Below are positions 35,845-38,478 of a stretch of 38,478 nucleotides of DNA, in pieces; within the stretch, counting starts at the first letter, position 1; every line of letters starts with the position of its first letter. Source of the stretch: a virus (lineage: Duplodnaviria > Caudoviricetes). The notes beneath the pieces are model-generated. The model saw only the letters and a list, made by a program, of their open reading frames with translations. It was not told the DNA's origin and made no database searches. The stretch lies in the IMG/VR virus record IMGVR_UViG_3300037478_000235, positions 1-38,478 of that record. One strand, given 5' to 3'. The position numbers were made by a program, and so were the translations under genes.

Positions 35845-36143
35845 AAAAACGCAAGGTAATCGACGTAGACAATTTGCCAGCTAGGATACCTGGATTAAGC
35901 ACTCTTATTATTGCTATTGCGCTCGACCATTGGGCTGCTCCGGAGTGGGTATGGGGTGTCGCCGGAGTTTTTGTGCTCGCAAAATGGTTGGTATTTTTCG
36001 CAACAATTCGTAAGGAGGAAGGCGTGGACATTTTTGAGGATAAGCCACCGTTAATTGATCAGTTTGAGGAGATGTCAAAATTCAACCAGAAATTGCAGGA
36101 GTTATTGGATAAGAACAAGAAAAAAGCAAATGAAAGCAATTAG
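35841..36143 (+). CDS. Two-TM membrane protein
   Basis: Hydrophobic hairpin with charged tail. Confidence 0.55.
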   Translation: MKKRKVIDVDNLPARIPGLSTLIIAIALDHWAAPEWVWGVAGVFVLAKWLVFFATIRKEEGVDIFEDKPPLIDQFEEMSKFNQKLQELLDKNKKKANESN

Positions 36144-36978
36144 TTACGCGATCTTCGGCTACAAACGCCACATGCAGAACTCATACCAGTTCGACACTTA
36201 CATGAGAGGGCTATGGGTAAATTTCAGGGTAAACAGGGTGCTGTATCCGGGGTGGCAGATAGTTATTAATACCGATGATGAGACTGTAAATTCACATTAT
36301 ATCGTACTATTCGACTACATGATGACGGCAGGACAACAAAGAATTTGTCCATCAAAGCAGTCTTTATGTCTGTCTATGCTATGGCGTTTAAAACCTGCCT
36401 TTGAACGGAACTCAGAATTGAAGTCAGTATTTAGTCACGTCATTTGTCGCGACTGCGAATCAATCGGAACATACCGCGAAGCACAAATGGTGCAGGAATG
36501 GATAGCTGAAGACAAGACCTTGCACTGTATCACCGACTCCATAAGCCACAATATCCCGATGATGGGGGGCATGGTAGGGTTTAGGCCTGCTTACCTATCT
36601 CAAAGGATGGGCGTTAATACCTGGGATCAGCTCATGGCGCTGAATCCCGGAATAGATTTCAACCGCAAGGGATCGGATCAGGACTTCATGAACCGGATAA
36701 TGTACCACAAACTCGCCGACAGCGCAACGGAACATTTCATTTTGGGTATGAAGCATACAGTCACACCTACCGGGGGCAGGCATTACGAGGTGCCGGATAT
36801 TGAAGTTGATGGTGTTGATCCTATCCACAAGTCATTGAACGATTGCGCCGGACACGTTGGAGCGAGTGGCTTTTATGAAGCGCCTATGATCAAATGGCTT
36901 AACGAAACCGACCCATTCCGGGAGGAATACGCAGACATTGAAAGGCAGTTTCCACAGATATGCTTTTGGAGAAAATGA
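36130..36978 (+). CDS. Putative glycosyltransferase-like protein
   Basis: ISYAIFG...YPGW...MLWR...ICRDCES...MMGGM...DQDFM. Confidence 0.6.
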   Translation: MKAISYAIFGYKRHMQNSYQFDTYMRGLWVNFRVNRVLYPGWQIVINTDDETVNSHYIVLFDYMMTAGQQRICPSKQSLCLSMLWRLKPAFERNSELKSVFSHVICRDCESIGTYREAQMVQEWIAEDKTLHCITDSISHNIPMMGGMVGFRPAYLSQRMGVNTWDQLMALNPGIDFNRKGSDQDFMNRIMYHKLADSATEHFILGMKHTVTPTGGRHYEVPDIEVDGVDPIHKSLNDCAGHVGASGFYEAPMIKWLNETDPFREEYADIERQFPQICFWRK

Positions 36979-37484
36979 TCTACCCGCGTGAAAATTGGCT
37001 GACAAACGACGAACACGGTATTCAGATGCCGTGGTACACAAGGCCGTGTTTAGAGGTTATCGATAAGTGGGACTTTAACGGAAAATACATATTTGAGTAT
37101 GGCGTGGGGTATTCTACTTTGTGGTATCGTTCGCGCGGGGCGATATGCTTCGGGGTAGATATGAATAATCATTGGTACAGTATAGTTTATAACTATGATT
37201 TAAGGATGGCTTTGGCTTTTAATGAGGGGCAATATTTATCATGTATAGATGATTATAAAACAGTGTACGATATTGTCATTATTGACGGCAACTTCCGAGA
37301 CGACTGCACCGAATACGCTTTGCGGAACCTTAAACCAGGAGGAAAACTTATCCTTGACAACTGGCTCCAACCTGAAGTAGAGGAATTCTGGCCTAAGACT
37401 GAAGCCCTGATTAAAGGAATGCCTATTGAAATATACAAAGAACCTGACCATGCCAATTGGCAAACAGCAATTGTAACCGTATGA
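36975..37484 (+). CDS. Class I SAM-dependent methyltransferase
   Basis: IFEYGVGYST, YDIVIIDG, LKPGGKLILDN. Confidence 0.88.
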   Translation: MIYPRENWLTNDEHGIQMPWYTRPCLEVIDKWDFNGKYIFEYGVGYSTLWYRSRGAICFGVDMNNHWYSIVYNYDLRMALAFNEGQYLSCIDDYKTVYDIVIIDGNFRDDCTEYALRNLKPGGKLILDNWLQPEVEEFWPKTEALIKGMPIEIYKEPDHANWQTAIVTV

Positions 37485-38281
37485 AAAAGTACGCCGTCAT
37501 CAGCTATAACAATAATCCGGATTACATCTATTTCGCGCCACTCACGATGTGGGCATGGGAAAGGTTAGGATGGAACCCTGTTTTGATTTGGGTTGATGGT
37601 GAAGGCATAATGCCGTTTAACGCGATGATTTCACTGCACTCCAAATCTGACCTACACACAATAAAAGTAAGCGAGATTGAAGGGTATAGATCATGCACCA
37701 TTGCACAGATTTCCAGGCTGTATGCCGCCTGTAAACTTGATGGATACATATTGACGAGTGACGCCGATATGCTTCCTTTGTCCGATTACTGGCAGCCCAA
37801 CCATAGACCTACAGTATGGGGTTATGATCTTACGGGGTACTCTGAATACCCTATTTCGTATATCGGAATGAATGATTCACAGTGGCTTCAGGTAATGGGA
37901 ATCAATAGGAACGAGGACATCACAGAGCAAATTGCAGATGATTTGGATTGCCTTGATAATGCAAAAAGTGATGATTTCTATACCTATTGGGGTGTGGATC
38001 AGCAGTATATCACCCGCAGGCTGAAGAAATTCAACCCTACAATAATTAACCGGGGCCAGTATCCTAATGGATTCGCTCGCGGAAGGGTAGACCGTGGATC
38101 CTGGACACTGGATCACAGGGAATTCATCGACTGTCACATGCACCACCAGATTTACCACAAGGGCAAGGAATGGAAGTTTGAGCAGACAATGGAAATGCTA
38201 CGGAAGGTATGGCCAACTGAAAATTTCGATTGGTTTGTCGAGTATCACAATGAGTTCAAAAAGCTAACAGGACACGCATGA
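37481..38281 (+). CDS. Putative GT-A glycosyltransferase
   Basis: AQISRLYA, ILTSDADM DxD, WGVDQ. Confidence 0.6.
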   Translation: MKKYAVISYNNNPDYIYFAPLTMWAWERLGWNPVLIWVDGEGIMPFNAMISLHSKSDLHTIKVSEIEGYRSCTIAQISRLYAACKLDGYILTSDADMLPLSDYWQPNHRPTVWGYDLTGYSEYPISYIGMNDSQWLQVMGINRNEDITEQIADDLDCLDNAKSDDFYTYWGVDQQYITRRLKKFNPTIINRGQYPNGFARGRVDRGSWTLDHREFIDCHMHHQIYHKGKEWKFEQTMEMLRKVWPTENFDWFVEYHNEFKKLTGHA

Positions 38282-38478
38282 TTATAGGGCATGGGTCACT
38301 CGCTAAGTTACTAAAAGACCGTGAGGGGGCTATTTTGTTTGCGTCAGGGGTAAGTAATAGCCTTTGTGCGGATGACAAAGAATTCTACAGAGAGGAAAAC
38401 CTTTTATTCTCTTTAGCCGGGGATAGCAGATCATTATTCTATTTCAGCACCATATCTCAGTACACAGTTGAAAGCCCG
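38278..38478 (+). CDS. NAD-dependent epimerase/dehydratase-like protein, 3'-truncated (absent from ORF track)
   Basis: MIIGHGSLAK...LFASGVSNS...EFYRE...FYFST. Confidence 0.75.
   Translation, partial: MIIGHGSLAKLLKDREGAILFASGVSNSLCADDKEFYREENLLFSLAGDSRSLFYFSTISQYTVESP

Larger units (their letters stand above)
1..38478. mobile_element. Temperate tailed dsDNA phage genome (near-complete; probable Bacteroidota host)
   Basis: Terminase, capsid module, GH108 lysin and spanin, ERF/YqaJ, repressor switch, integrase with attP; TAnnTTTG promoter elements and signal peptides with +1 Gln point to Bacteroidota; no host genes seen. Confidence 0.93.

Noticed and set aside
1274-38158. Many short ORF-track entries antisense to or nested in called genes
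   Set aside because: No motifs, and they conflict with tightly coupled operons on the other strand or frame

Overview
Most of a temperate Bacteroidota-type phage genome, apparently in its excised (attP-containing) form and linearised just after the missing portal gene. Order: head and neck genes (1-5.5 kb), adhesin-like proteins (5.5-12.3 kb), lysis cassette (12.3-15.8 kb), a leftward early operon with DUF1064, YqaJ exonuclease and ERF annealase (15.9-26.4 kb), repressor switch, tyrosine integrase and attP (26.4-28.5 kb), small genes, terminase (31-32.6 kb), and a large glycosyltransferase/methyltransferase/epimerase cluster running off the right edge. The standout is a catalytically intact, TnpA-less TnpB cassette (18100-19278) inserted in the overlap of two phage genes. 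Its predicted guide is the original 5' end of the DUF1064 gene, and the cassette carries a largely synonymously recoded copy of that 5' end. Both interrupted genes stay intact and the carrier should escape cleavage, which resembles an RNA-guided homing element or natural gene drive. All assignments come from reading motifs by eye; no searches were run.
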